This document shows, in pieces, positions 41,601 to 56,600 of a stretch of DNA of 64,000 nt; the stretch's first letter is position 1, and each line of letters begins with the position of its first letter. The stretch covers positions 41,976,001 through 42,040,000 of the forward strand of contig NC_086108.1 in assembly GCF_963921235.1 (NCBI RefSeq). Reading direction: 5' to 3'. The position numbers and the translations under genes were made by a program. Under the pieces are notes generated by a model. It did no database searches. It worked only from the letters and a program-made list of their open reading frames with translations, and was not told the origin of the DNA. This stretch comes from Mobula hypostoma (lineage: Eukaryota).

Positions 41601-44600
41601 GAGCTTAACTGAAAAATTAGACAAGTCTGATTAACATTCATTGTGGGTGAATGGAGTGTGGGTGTGAAGAAGGGGTTGTGAAAAATACCTTTACAAGGAA
41701 GCATTGTAGATACATTGTAAATATTGCATTGCCCTTTGATCACTAGCAGATAAAATGTTGTGTCATATTGGAACATACATGCCTCTTCCTTACAAAGCAC
41801 TGAAGTGAATCACCTTGAGATAATTTTATTTAATATTATATCAATTTGTTAATGAAAAATTAAAATAATCAGAAGCAGTCAGGATTTTTTCAAACATAGC
41901 TCAACCAAGGTCCTGAAACCGCCAACATTTCTCTTCAGAAATTACATAGGTAGCCAAAATGAACTCAATCTTCAACATCAGCAAAGCACAACACAATCCT
42001 TACCTATATTATCTGTTGACAGGACAATACTTGGTTTAATGGAAAGCAAAATACCAGAAAGTTTTTCAGTCAGCATATCAATACTTTGAATTATGACATA
42101 TGGACCAGGGATCACCTGCAAGATCAAAAGTCACATCATAAGCATTTCCTTCACTTGTGAACAATGCTTCTAAAATTTATTGAAATTCATTGAAGTTCCA
42201 ATACAGGGTGGATCGTCAAATTCCTTTCAGCCACTAAATGTAAAAAAAAGTGAACTAACCCTTCCATTTTAAAATTATAAATGTTAAAAGATAACAGTTT
42301 CATGCAAAATTTGCAAAGAAACCTGGATTTGCATGATTTACAGTTGTTTGGATAGCAGTACATTTGCCAAAAATAAACTACTATGAACTAAACCATCTTT
42401 GGCTACAGTATAGCCTGATTCAAGTCATTGTTTCTATTTGCCCATTATTCCTTCAGCAAAAAAAAATACTCAAGGAATGCATATTTTCCATTTCAGAGTT
42501 TTATCTAAGGGAGGGAGACAAAATACGGGAAATACTTGGCCAGTTAGCCTGACTTCGGTGGTTGGGAAGATGTTAAGTGTCCATTATTAAGTATGAGGTT
42601 TTGAGCTATTTCAAAGAAATGATCAAATTAGCCAGAGTCACCATGGTTTCCATAGGGGGAAGAACTTGCCTGAAAAATCTGCTGGAAATTTTTTTCTTAT
42701 TATTTATTTATCATGTACATATTTCATTGCACTGCTGCTGTAAAGTTAACAAATTTTACAACATATGCAGTGATACTAATGCTGATTCTGAAACTACAAG
42801 CAAGATGGACAAAGGAGAGTCAGAGGATGTTGTTTACTTGGATTTTCAGAAGGATTTTGCCAAGGAACCGCACATGAGGCTAAACAAAATAAGAGCCCAA
42901 TAGTATTACAAGAAAGATATGAGTATGGATAGAAGATTGGCTGACTAGCAAAAGGCAAAAAGTGTGACTAAAAGGGGCCTTTTCTGGTTATCTGCCAGTG
43001 ACTAGTGGACAATGTTGGGTCCACTACTTTTCACATTTTACATTAATTATCTGAATAACAGCATTGATGCCTTGGTGGCCAAATTTGCAGATGATACAAA
43101 TTAGGTGGAGGGTCCAATCCTGTTGAGGAAAACCGGGAGTCTGTAGAAAGACTTGGACAGGTTAGGAGAATGGGCAAAAAAGTGCAGCTGAAATATAGTG
43201 TAGGGATGTGTATATGTAGATAGATAGATAGATAGATAGATATACTTTATTAATCCTGAGGGAAATTTGGTTTCGTTACAGCCGCACCAACCAAGAATAG
43301 AGTGTAAATATAGCAATACAATAAAAACCCCAACAATCAAACACCAAAATGCAAACTATGCCAGATGGAAAATAAATCCAGGACCAGTCTATTGGCTCAG
43401 GGTGTCTGACCCTCCACGGGAGGAGCTGCACGTTCGATGGGAACGACCTCCTGTGCCGCCAAGTGTTGTATCACGGTGGAATGTGGCCAAAGTCCAACAG
43501 TGAAAAGCTCAATACCCAGTCTGCAAACACGTTCCTCGATCGTAATATGCCCCGGATTGCACCATCCATTGTTAGCCAGAACAGTAAGCACCCAATTCCT
43601 TTATGCATACCGCTCACTTCCGGTCAGCCGGAAGTGCACTGAGTATGAACACACACTTCGGTGGGAGGAATAAAGGCAAAGACTATTTTCAAAACAGAGA
43701 GAAAATTCAAAAATCAGGGGTGCAAAGGGACTTGGGTGCCCTTGTGCAGGATTCCCTAAAGGTTAACTTGCAGGCTGAGTCAGTAGTAAGGAAGTGAAAT
43801 GCAATGTTAGCATTCAGTTTGAGAGGACGAGAATATAAAAACAAGAATGCAATGTTGTGACTTTATAAGGCATTAGTCATACCATATTTGGACTGTTGTG
43901 AGCAGTCTTGGGCCCTACATGTAAGGGAAGATGTGCTGGCATTTGAGAGAGCCCAGAAGAGTTGTAGGAGAATGAGCCAGGGAATTGGAACAATTAATGT
44001 ATGAGAAGTGTTTGATGGCTCTGGGTCTATTCTCACTGCAGTTTAGAACGATGGTTAGATGGTGGAGGTGGGAACGTGGATGAAACGTCTTTGAAACTGA
44101 AAAGTGAAAGGCCCACAGAGAGTGAGGGTAGAGAACATGTTTCAAATAATGGGAGAGCCGAGGACCAAAGGGCACAGCCTCAGCCATCTTTTTAGAACAG
44201 AGATAATGAGGAGGAATTTCTTTAACCTGGGGGTGGTGAATCAGTGGAATTCATTGCTACAGACAGCTTGGAGGCCAAGTCATTGGGTATATTTAAAGCA
44301 GAAGTTTATAGGCTCTTGATTAGCGAGGGTGTCAAAAGTTAGAGAGAAGGCAGGAGAACAGATTATGAGAGATAGAATAAATAGGCCTTGATCAAATGGC
44401 GAAGCAAACTGGATAGGCCACATGGCCTAATTCTGCTCCTCCACTTGTCATTTCGTTTTATGGTCTTAAATATATTTTTGATTCATATCTATGTTTTATT
44501 GGTGGATTTCACTAGACACATCATTATTATGATAATTAAATATTTTATTAAGTTTTGCAGCATAATAAAATTAAACATTCTCACCTCAGATATTATGAGC

Positions 44601-47600
44601 CATTCCATGGAACATTTGGGATCAATGACTTTGCTTGCCAATTTAACGTAGTTAGCAGCCAAGCTCAAAACTGCTTTTGAATTATTTGCTTCTGTCTCAA
44701 AATCCAGTTCAGCAACATTTCCAAGAAACCTTATCAGTGCTAGCAAGTCAACAGACGTCAGTCTAGCATGGCTTTCATCAGCCGCTTGCAGTAGCTCATT
44801 GGTGACATAATCTGCACTCATCACATCTGGTGGATAATCACTTCTGTTCAGCAAAAGATAATCTGAAATCTGGAGCAACACAGAACTGACTGTAAAGAGA
44901 TGCCACCACCATATGTACTCAATATTTTATATTTCAAATATTCCAAAATACCTATAAGCAGCTGAAATGGCACAGACTGTGCTGGAATTTATTTGACCAT
45001 TCAAGGGAAAATGACTGTGTGAATGCTGATGGCCACCCCAGGGTTCCTGTTCCTGATGGACACTTCAGGGATCTCATGGGTCACATGTTCAAGCCATCAG
45101 TTCCACTACATCAGGGAAGCCTGCTTTCTAGAAAAATCTGCTGCTCCCTACTCAAAGAAATTAATTACTCTCTCCTCAGCAAGAGACTTGAAGCTTGTCA
45201 TGTATGCTACACATTTATCTGCTTCCTTTCTTCGAGGTATGAAGGGCAGTTACATTATTAGGGACAGCGATGCGCACACTGTTGTGGGGGTGGAGAGCAA
45301 GTGGAGACCTCAGCCCACAGCAAGTATCTCGTTTGAGTGGCAACCCCTTTTGAAAATCTGCCTCTGCAGATTAAGTGGCCCTCTCCTCCAGCTCCTGGTC
45401 ATGATGAGACTCAGCAGGAGCACTACAAATGCATGAATATTATTTAATAAGAGTTACAACTTTCAGCCCAGTTGAGCACGAAGAGCTTTTCTCCAATTCA
45501 AGTCCTCCACAGTGATTCCACGAAATGGAGCAGGCCAGGCTTCTTACCAGTAGTTAGCCCTTAAAATTGTCTGTTTGGTCCACACGATGTAAGATGCATT
45601 AGAGTACATTAGAAATTAAGAATGCCGGGGGGGGGCAGAGGTTAAAGGTCATCCTCACACATATGTACTGCAATACTATAAGCAGTCAAACACGCTTTAA
45701 TAATTCAACCATAATTCATGGTCAAAATTACACACAAATAGGATCCTATTCAACTACTTACTGAAACTTCAGTAGACCTTTCCTTTATATGGAGGAAAAA
45801 TGCAGATGGAAGTAAGGAAGTAAAGACTTGCATTTGTTCATAAGCTTCTGAAAAAGAAAAAAAACTGGAGTACCTTACAAGTCACTGGATTTGTATTGCT
45901 TTTAGAATTTAAATCAATCATTGACCTAATGTATGCTAAAGCTTCCCTGATCAATTCTGGACTCTTCATCAGAGGTGACATTGTCCCTCAACGCTGCTCC
46001 CCAACATTACTTCAGAACAATAGCAAGTGCACAAAGTTATCTCACAACAATGCCATTGGCAACAAGTAGGGAACTGAAACAATGACATCCTTCTCTGAAC
46101 TTCTAGAGGTTTTGGTATAGTCATTTAATAGCAAACTTAAATAGAACACACAATATACTAAAAATAAATCTCAGACCCGCTTTAGTCTCCCAATTAATAA
46201 ACTTAATTTCTGACTTTGGAACACGTCATTTTCTCTGGTTTTCCTCCTCCTTCCCTTTCTTCCATGGTCCACCATCCTCTACTATAAGAGTCCCTCTTTT
46301 CTTCAGCCCTTTACCTCACCTGTCTATCACTTCTCAGATTCTTCATTCATCCCCCTTCCTTCCCCCACCCACCCCTTTCCCCTCACCAGGTCTCACCAAT
46401 CACCTGCCAGCTTGTATTTCTTCCCCATCTTCCAATGCTAACCTGTCCCTTTCCTTTCCAATCCTGATGAAGGCGCTCACCCAAAACATCGACTGTTCAT
46501 TCAATTCCATAGATGCTGCCTGACTTGCTGGGTAGCCTCAGCATTTTATATATGTTTCTCAAGATTTCCAACATCTGCAGAATCTCTTGTGTTTATGTAT
46601 TGTCCTTTATGTTCCTATATCCTTATTTATAATGGACACTTCCTGTAACAATTCACACTTCTCTTCTGTAGTTCAGTAGTAAATTGATTCTGATGAGTTT
46701 TTTTATATATCCCAAAAGGGTTTCCTTCCCCATTTCCCAAACTTGCATAATCTCCTGTCTTCTGCCCTCTAACAACCCTCATGTAATTTCTCAATCAATT
46801 GTTGAATATAAATAATATACATTCTTGGACGCATGCACTCATAGTCTAACACAGGGTGTAGATTGATATCTTATGAGACATAAGCAACTCAAAAAACATA
46901 CATTTGATTTATACAGAAGTTCCTCACATACCAGTTATAAAACATTTGATACAAGCCACGTGAGACAATGTTTAATGCAATATGCATAACCTACTACAGA
47001 TCCAAATCTAAATACTTTTCAAAGAGAGCAGTTGCAGCAAATACTTCAGAAGAATATTTCAAGCACTGTTGTATAAAACTTCAAATCAATCTGGCATTAG
47101 TGCAAAACAACAAAAGCAGCACATTTCACAATTCTCTCCGTCTCATAAAGTAGAAAATGTTCTAAACAACTTCAATATCACAGAAGCAGCCTCTGAAACT
47201 TCAGAAAGGTCAGACTATATATTACAATGCTGGATCTACTGATACAGCCATTGAGCTGAGAAATAAAGTACTCCAATAAAGAAATAATATGATTAATGAT
47301 AATTCCGCTTTCTAAGTTACATTTTTCTCCATCCCTTCCTGATATCCCTTTCAATTCAGGTAAGTGTGAGGTACTGCATTTTGGGAAGTCAAACCAGGAA
47401 TGGTAGATCCCTGGGGAGAGTTGTGGGCCTAGGAATACAATACATGGCTCACTGAAAATGGTGGCACAGGTAGACAGGATGGTGAAGGTGGCATTTGGTA
47501 CACTGGCCTTTATCATTCAGACCCCTGAGTTTTATGAATTGCGACATGACACTGCAGATGTACAAGATGTTGGTGATGCTGCATTTTGAGTATCACGTCC

Positions 47601-50600
47601 AGGTTTGGCCACCATGCTACAGGAAAGATTTCATTAAGCTGGAAAGAGTGCAAAGAGGATTTATGAAACTTTTACCAAGACTCAGCAGCTGAGTTACAAG
47701 GAGGGGGTGGGCAAACAAGAACTTTACTCCTTGGCATTTAGGAGAGTAAGGGTGACCTTATAGATATGCATAAAATCATGAGGGGCACAGATAGGGTGAA
47801 TGCACATAGTCTTTTTCCATGGAAAAGAAACCAAAAGCCAGAGGGTATGAGTTTCATGTGAGAGGGGAAAGATTTAAAAGAAACCTGAGGGGTAACTTCT
47901 TCACTTAGAAGGTGATGTATCTATGGAACAAGCTGGTCATTGAGGCAGGTACAATAACACCATTTAAAAGACTTTTTTTATAAGTGCATGGATAAGAAGG
48001 GTTTAGAGGGATAAGGGGAGAACATAGAAAAATTGAACTAGCCTAGGTGGGCACCTTTTTATCAGCATGGGCAGTTGAGACAAAGGGTCTGATTTTGTGC
48101 TCCATTAGTCCATGACTTTGGTACCAGAAGCTTTCTGGTAGCCTATCCAAATATTCATTCTGCACCAACCTGGATAATGAAGATCAGCACATTATTTGGC
48201 CTAGATTTGCAGCCTAGTACAACCCTGTTTTTATAGAGTTCATTTTCACATCTGTGCAGTAGGACATAATGAACAGCAGTCAGCAGAAGGAACCTCAATA
48301 AATTTCGTTTCCTGGTGCAGGCCAATTTCAACGAAGGTCAATTGGTTACAAGCTTTTACCGAGACATTTCTCTCAAGCACACTGCAAGCCCTCACTACAA
48401 CGCAAGCTATTCTTCCCAACAGTTGCCTTCCCTTCCAGGGTCATCAGTCATTCTACCCGTCCCTGTACTCGAGTCCCCAGTGTCTCTATCGAGTCACGTA
48501 GCAGCAGGGACATTATCTGGATGCAAGTCAGGCTCAGGTTAGATATGAAAAGAAAGAAGGGAAAATTCAAGATAGCATTAAGATGAATTCACTGCATCAG
48601 GAATCAAAAAAGAACAGTACCACACAGAGCAAGAGAGGAAAAGAACAGTGGCTGATGCCAGTAACTACTGTGAGCTCTATTGCCTTTTTACAGGATTAAA
48701 AATGAAACTGTTGTATTTTTCCCACATCTGGGGAAAAGTGTTTGAAAATCTGCTGATTTATCTACTGTCTGGAATATTAGCATTTATTTCTACCAACATA
48801 CAATATTGAAACCACAAAAACTGAAACAAATTATCTTAATATATTTTTCAGATAAAACTATTTCAATAATAATAAATGGATTGTTACTTGAAAGTGGCAT
48901 AATTTAAAACAAGTAATTTATTAAATGTACCTTTACTATATCTACAAAGTGCTTGTTTCTGTTTAGAGCATTCTTCAGAAGTCCACGCTCCACTCAATGA
49001 GTTCAAGGCTATGCATTCACCTTTGTTAACTGGATGGACACCATCCGCTGAGACATTGTGAAAAGAGGACGCCATTCCATCCACCCACACAACATCAAAT
49101 GGTTCCGTTGTTTGGAATCCATCACCTTCCATGGAATAAAAAATAAAGTAATTGTCATGAGCCACAACCTAAAGCGATGTATTCAACATTGTCACGAATT
49201 CCAAAGTCACAGAATTATGCAGCCAAGAATGCTGTTCAGACCATTGTGACTGGCTCTGATGTTCCTTGTCCTGGTGAAACATTCCTGCTTTATCCTACCA
49301 TCGGTTCCAGTGTTCCATGCGATGGAGCCTCTACTTCACACTAGGAACTGTCAGCAGAGAAGGTATTCTCCATTTCCCATTCACCTCACTAATCCTGGTT
49401 CTCCCATCAGCAAGTCCTTCACCCACTTCTTTCCCCTGCTATTGGTTACAAACTGGACCACAGTAACTGGCATTTCCTTCTTCCTTTTCATCCACTTTGA
49501 GATGACCTTTTGAATGGAGTAAGCAACATACCTTCCTTGACTCACAATCAAAACTTAACGAACACTCTCCTACAAGACCCTCCTTGTTATCAAGTACTTA
49601 TAACTCCAACAAATCCATGGCTTATTTTTCCTTCTTTTAGCTGCCTTCTACTTCACAATGCTTTGGCTAGCCTTCTGGCCAGCTCATAGCAGTCCGTTTC
49701 CCTGTCTTCACAAGTTCTGAAGACACTGCACCTGCTGAACAAAGTGATTCCTCTTCTAGGGTTATCAAGAACTAGGACTGATTGAACACAGAGAGAAGGC
49801 AGAATTTACTCTGTCAGAGGGTTATGAATTTTTAGATCTCTTGATCCTGGAGCCATAGAGTTAACTCATTGAAGATATTTTTTGAAATACAGAGGTTGTT
49901 GATGTTGAGAGAAGTTAAAAATTATGGGGAACTGACAGAAAAGTGATATTGAAGTCAATATCATATCAGATACTGAAAACCCAACACCTCATGGTTCAAT
50001 AACAGTTGCTTCCCCACTGCTATCAGGTTCTGGAATGGACCTGAACACACCTAATTCTACCTCAGACTACAATTCCCTCTATTTGTACTAATCTCATATG
50101 TTTATTTTCAATTATTTTATCACATAAATTGAATTGCCACCTGCAAGAACGAAGGCAATTGGTCAACGGCACTGTCTTCTGATTTTTTTAAAGTAATATT
50201 TGTGTGTAGCAACAACCAGAGCCTACAACCTGTACCAGATGGCCTCATTGATACTTCCTAGGATACACGGTACATCACTCTCTGCTTTATTTTCAACATT
50301 AAACTTGCTGCAAAAGAAGAACACAATTGCTGCTACAGTGGCTGGCAAAGAAGCCATTAGTCATTCCACTATTATTCTTTGCAGAAGCCTGCACAAAATA
50401 GAAGACAGATGTCAAACTTGATTACTCCTGTATGGTCTAGCACCCCACTCCCAGCAGAAAAATGGAAATTTTGTAATTATGTTATAAAAGGCGATAATAT
50501 GTCCAGGGCTTTCGAGGAAAAAGTATAGTGCAAAATCATAAATTAGTTACCACATTAAGGCATATTAAACATTATGATGATGAGCTAAATCAGAGAACAC

Positions 50601-53600
50601 TTCTTCATTTACATTTAACATTGTGCAGAAAGTCTAGTTGACGATGAGGGAATTGGGGAGTGTGCATACAAATAAAAAAATCCATGGAAATGAGATTGCA
50701 CAGAACACAAATTAAAGTACTGCATCAAAATGAGTATTACTCGACAGTTGTAGTGATAAGTCTTGCATTCTATGTAAGTTGCACTACAGTATTTTAGTAA
50801 TTATTTGGCTTTAAAAGAGACACTCCTGCAAAGATGAAAAGCTACATGTATTACTTCTATGTAGATCAGACCATAATTAGCAAGCAAATTGTCTATTTTT
50901 AAAGATTGCAGAGTAACAGTGGATACATCGTAACATAAGATTGGCTAATGTAAAATAATTTTGCTTAGTCATCTATCATGAAAATTGCCATGTACATTTC
51001 ACAAAGAAATAATCATTTTTTGAATATGTTTCAGTTTGAAATCTCCAAGATGTGCAATCTGTAAGCATTTTTATAAAGATTTTTTTTAAATAAATGAAAT
51101 TAATTTTGTTCTTTTTTCAATGAACTGCATTCCTTTCCATCAAAATCAATGATTATTACAAATATCAATTTTCATTTTATCTGTATGGCATTGCAATTGT
51201 TTTCTTTCTGACTTTCTTCCTGTCTACCACCAGAGAGCAGCATTCCCTAGAGTTATACCTCAAGACGCCTCAGTCAATTATCAGAGAAATTTAATGATGG
51301 ATTGCACAACAATTTTGCCAAGATGGCGTTAAATTCTGGAAACCTCATTCTGACCTGAATACAGAAAATTAAGTTCTTCAATTTGCCTTTGTCCCCTCCC
51401 CTGAACTCATGGCTAACATTCAGTGAATGCATATGTATCCTAACTTAATTTCATAGGTTCCTGACAACTTCTACAATAGAAAACTTTGGATAGCACTGTA
51501 GCTATTTTACATTCTCATTAAATTAGTATACACTGATGAAATAATAAAGAGAAGGATACATCTACTAATTGCCCAAGCAAGTTTACCCATAAAGCAACAA
51601 ATGTTTATTGGAATAAAAGCAACGCACACAAAATGCTGGTGAACGCAGCAGGCCAGGCAGCATCTATAGGAAGAAGTACAGTCGACGTTTCAGGTCGAGA
51701 CCCTTCGTCAGGACTAACGGAAAAAAGAGATAGTAAGAGATTTGAAAACGGGGAGGCCCGAAATGATAGGAGAAGACAGGAGGGGGAGGGATGGAGCTAA
51801 GAGCAGGGAAGTTGATTGGCAAAAGGGATACAAGGCTGGAGAAGGGGGAGTATTGTAGGACGGAAGGCCTTGGAAGAAAGAAAGGGGGAGGGGAGCACCA
51901 GAGGAAGATGGAGAACAGGCAAGGAGTTATTGTGAGAGGGAAAGAGAGAAAAAAAATTAGGGATGGGGTAAGAAGGGGAGGAGGGACATTAATGGAAGTT
52001 AGAGAAATCAACGTTTATGCCATCAGGTTGGAGGCTACCCAGACAGAATATAAGGTGTTGTTCCTCCAACCTGAGTGTGGCTTCATCTCGACAGTAGAGG
52101 AGGCCGTGGATAGACATGTCAGAATGGGAATGGGATGTGGAATTAAAATGTGTGGCCACTGGGAGATCCTGCTTCTTCTGGCAGACAGAGCGTAGGTGTT
52201 CAGCGAAATGGTCTCCCAGTCTGCGTCGGGTCTCACCAATATATAGAAGGCCACACTGGGAGCACTGGACACAGTATATCACACCAGCAGACTCACAGGT
52301 AAAATGTCACCACACCTGGAAGGACTGTCTGGGGCCCTGAATGGAGGTGAGGGAGGAAGTGTAAGGGCAGGTGTAGCACTTGTTCCGCTTACAAGGGTAA
52401 GTGCCAGGAGGGAGATCGGTGGGAAAGGATGGGGGGGACAAATGGACAAAGGAGTCACATAGGGAGCAATCCCTGCAGAAAGCGGGGGGGGGGGGGAAGA
52501 AAGACGTGCTTGGTGGTGGGATCCCGTTGGAGATGGCAGAAGTTATGGAGTATTATATGTTGGACACGGAGGCTGGTGAGGTGGTAGGTGAGGACAAGAG
52601 GAACCCTATTCCTAGTGGGGTGGCGGGAGGATGGGGTGAGAGCAGATGTGCGTGAAATGGGAGAGGTGTGCTTAAGGGCAGAGTTGATGGTGGATGAAGG
52701 CAAGCCCCTTTCTTTTAAAAAGGAAGACATCTCCTTTATCCTGGAAAACAGAGCCTCATTCTGAGAGCAGATGCGGCAGAGATGGAGGAATTGAGAGAAG
52801 GGGATGGCATTTTTACAAGTAACAGGGTGGGAAGAGGAATAGTCCAGGTAGCTGTGAGAGTCTGTGGGCTTATAGTAGACATCAGTAGATAAGCTGTCTC
52901 CAGAGATAGATTCAGAGAGATCAAGGAAGAGGAGGGAGGTGTCGGAAATGGACCAGGTAAACTTGAGGACAGGGTGGAAGTTGGAGGCAAATTTGATGAA
53001 GTCAATGAGCTCAACATGTGTGCAGGAAGCAGCACCAATGCAGTCGTCGATGTAGTGAAGGAAAAGTAGGGGATGTATAGCAGTATAGGCTTGGAACATG
53101 GACTCTTCCACAAAGCCAACAAAAAGGCAGGCATAGCTGAGACCCATACAGGTGCCCATGGTTACACTAGTTTGGAGGAAGTGGAATGAGCCAAAGGAGA
53201 AATTATTAAGAGTAAGGACTAATTCGCTAGATGGAGCAGAGTGGTGGTAGAGGGGAACTGGTTGGGTCTGGAATCCAAAAAGAGGCGGAAAGCTTTGAGA
53301 CCTTCCTGGTGGGGGATGGAGGTATATAGGGACTGGACATCCATGGTGAAAATAAAGCGGTGGGGTCCAGGGAACTTAAAATCATCGAAAAGTTTTAGAG
53401 CATGAGAAGTGTCACGAACATAGGTGGGAAGGGATTGAACAAGGGGGGATAAAACCGTGTCGAGGTATGCAGAAACGAGTTCGGTGGGGCAGGAGCAAGG
53501 TGAAATAATGGGTCTACCTGGACAGGCAGGTTTGTGGATCTTGGGTAGGAGGTAGAAACGGGAAGTGCGGGGTGTGGGAACTATAAGGTTGGTAGCAGTG

Positions 53601-56600
53601 GATGGGAGATCCCCTGAGCGGATAAAGTCGGTGATGGTGTGGGTGACAATGGCCTGGTGCTTCTTAGTGGGGTCACGATCGAGGGGTAAATAAGAGGAGG
53701 TATCCGCGAGTTGTCGCTGTGCCTCGGCAAGGTAGAGGTCAGTACACCAGACTACAACAGCACCCCCCTTATCGGCGGGTTTTATAGTAAGGTTAGGATT
53801 AGTGCGGAGGGAGTGGAGAGCAGAGCATTCGGAAGGAGTGAGGTTGGAATGGGGACAAGGTGCGGTGAAGTCGAGACAGTTGATGTCCCATCAGCAGTTA
53901 GCAATAAAAAGATCCAGAGCAGGCAGAAGACCAGAGTGGGATGTCCATGAAGAGGAGGAGGGTTGAAGACGGGAGAAGGGGTCATCGGTGGGGGTGGGAG
54001 AGTCCTTGCCGAAGAAGTAAGCTCGGAGACGGAGCCGGTATAAGAAGAGTTCAGTGTCATGGCACACGCGGAACTCGCTGAGGTGTGGGCGCAAGGGACA
54101 AAGGTGAGAGTCTGCTGGGGTGATATACTGTGTCCGGTGCTCCCGGTGTGGCCTTCTATATGTTGGTGAGACCCGACACAGATTGGATGACCGTTTCGCT
54201 GAACACCTACGCTCTGTCCGCCAGAGAAAGCAGGATCTCCCAGTGGCCACACATTTTAATTCCACATCCCATTCCCATTCCGCTATGTCAATCAATGGCC
54301 TCCTCTATTGTCGAGATGAAGCCACACTCAGGTTGGAGGAACAACACCTTATGTTCCGTCTGGGTAGCCTCCAACCTGATGGTATGAACATTGATTTCTC
54401 TAACTTCCATTAATGCCCCTCCTCCCCTTCTTACCCCATCCCTAATTTTTTTTCTCTCTTTCCCTCTCACAATAACTCCTTGCCTGTTCTCCATCTTCCT
54501 CTGGTGCTCCCCTCCCCCTTTCTTTCTTCCAAGGCCTTCCGTCCTACGATACTCCCCCTTCTCCAGCCTTGTATCCCTTTTGCCAATCAACTTCCCAGCT
54601 CTTAGCTTCATCCCTCCCCCTCCTGTCTTCTCCTATCATATCAGGCCTCCCCCTCCCCCTCCCCCTTTCAAATCTCTTACTATCTCTTTTTTCTGTTAGT
54701 CCTGATGAAGGGTCTCGACCTGAAACATCGACTGTACTTCTTCCTATAGATGCTGCCTGGCCTGCTGCGTTCCACCAGCATTTTGGTTGTGTTGCTTGAA
54801 TTTCCAGCATCTGCAGATTTCCTTGTGTTTGCTTTATTGAAATAACCTGCTTTACAACTAAGTCAAGAACTACAGAACCCCAAACTTATGTCTGATTACT
54901 TTGGAGTGTATTATGACAACCCTTCATCAACCACCATCGCAAAGGTTAAGTTTTAAAAAGAGCATTCCCATTCCCCCAAAAAAAAATGGAAGAGTTATTC
55001 TTCACTCATTACCTTTACACTGGGAAAATCCCTTGTGCACATGCACTGTTGACTCAATCTCAAAGGCAGAGAGGTTCCATTGAAAATATAATCCCAGTGG
55101 AACAACCACACAATCTCCTGCTAAAGCCTGAATCTCACTGGCATTCAAAAGACGATCCCAGATGTGGAGTTGTGTAATATTCCCAATAAAAGATTCATCC
55201 TTCTTAAACGATCCGCCAAATGTGTCTTGCTCTTGTCCGATGATGAAAACTCCACCGGCTCCAATATCTTCAGAAATATAAAGATGATCTCCAGATGCAG
55301 TGACGGATCCATCTGCTGCAATAGCCCAGCTACCACCATGGCTGGTCCAGCTCAAACACACATGATGCCATCTACCATCATTCTTCACAGCTTGAGAGTA
55401 AGGAGTGTGGACACCGTGGACCAGCAAAGCAAGTTGGATTTGTTGATCATGGACAATGTTAGCACGCAGCTGAAACTCATTGATAAATGATGGTATTGAA
55501 TAGGAAAATACAGTGGAAACTCCCACATAACTTGAATCAAATTGCACTTGAGCACAAATAGTCACTGAATGCATTTGAGGAAACTGCCTGAGAAGTTTGG
55601 CATATTTGGTGTCAGTTTTGGTAGAAAATGTCAGAATGTGTGATCCAAAGGTACCTGAACAAAAGAAGATGAAGCAATGAGTGCACTGTGGTACCTTTCT
55701 CATTACAGCAGTCTTCCTTAATCAAACAATTTTCTATTTTTGTAAGTTTACATTTGAAATGTTTTTTCAGCTTTTTTTTAGATGCTCACAGTCTACATTA
55801 ATAAACTTATGATTAAAAAAATCCAATACATTTTATCACAAATTAAATTTACTCAAAATTATCACTATTCCTATTTGAACAAAGACAGGCACTAGTCCGA
55901 TAAGGAAGTTCTTTATGAAATACTTAAACTTCAGCTATTACATCACAAAGCAAACATTTCTCTGATTAAGGAAAAATACTTTGAATGATTAATGATGAAT
56001 AATTACAACATTAGGACAGTCTCCAATTCTAAAAGCAATGACCTAGGATTAATATTTCTCACTTTAACAAATTAAATGTTTTGGTTTAATGTCAGCTATA
56101 ACCTAATTTTGTCACAGGAATATGCATAATTTAAATAAATTACTCACTGAGAAGAAATCAGAATAAATATTATCAAGTTCATATAAACGAAATTCTGACA
56201 AATTACATATATATGTTTTGATAGAAATTCTATCATTTTTGCTTAGAATCTTTGATTATCAGAAGTCATCAAGAAATTTATTAAATTTGATAAATTTATT
56301 ATCAAAAGACATATACACTGTCTGTCACCATATACAGTGCCAGGATTCATTTGACTCTCTGGGTTGTATCTGAGATATCTTGCATCAGAGGTGCTTTGTT
56401 GTAGTGCCTTTAACATTCATAGGTGGTAAAGTTAACTGAATAGAAAGAATACATTTTTAAATTTACTACAAAGGATAGATGGGAGGTGTCTCAAAACTTC
56501 AGCTTATATATGAAAGAAGTTGTAATTATTTCAAAAAAATTCTTTATCCAGCATGAGGGAGAAGTAGAAAGCAGCTTCCAGACTTCACCTGAACCATTTT

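Larger units (their letters stand above)
34921..41800 (+). mobile_element. Decayed LTR retroelement (gag-protease remnants, tRNA-Pro PBS) with nested insertions
   Basis: Direct repeats at 34921-35342 and 41480-~41800, both starting TG; PBS TGGGGGCTCATCCAGGAT at 35345-35362; polypurine tract at 41468-41478; two CCHC knuckles (CFVC*QLGHGARNC, CYSCGFSGHGWRQC) near 39160-39280; protease-like LVGTGSS near 39460. Confidence 0.75.
51617..54832 (-). mobile_element. Penelope-like retroelement (RT plus GIY-YIG) with about 680-bp inverted terminal arm and 13-bp TSD
   Basis: Minus-strand RT (MGTCMGLSYACLFVG, YIDD, TDVYYKPT...SSSHP) and GIY-YIG (IYCVQC...LYIGET); plus-strand copy of the GIY-YIG and 3' end at about 54108-54832; TSD TTTATTGRAATAA at 51604-51616 and 54833-54845. 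The frame is disrupted. Confidence 0.92.

Noticed and set aside
44870..44889. Alternative phase-1 acceptor extending exon 7
   Set aside because: The strong exon at 45762-45847 explains the phase; it could at most serve an exon-6-skipped isoform.
50141..50257. Open 39-codon candidate exon between the pentraxin and CTLD C-half exons
   Set aside because: Phase 0-0 with a weak donor; not needed once the phase-1 acceptor before 49125 is used.
56328..56435. Exon-like segment in intron 3 with a good acceptor
   Set aside because: Stop codon in the required phase-1 frame.
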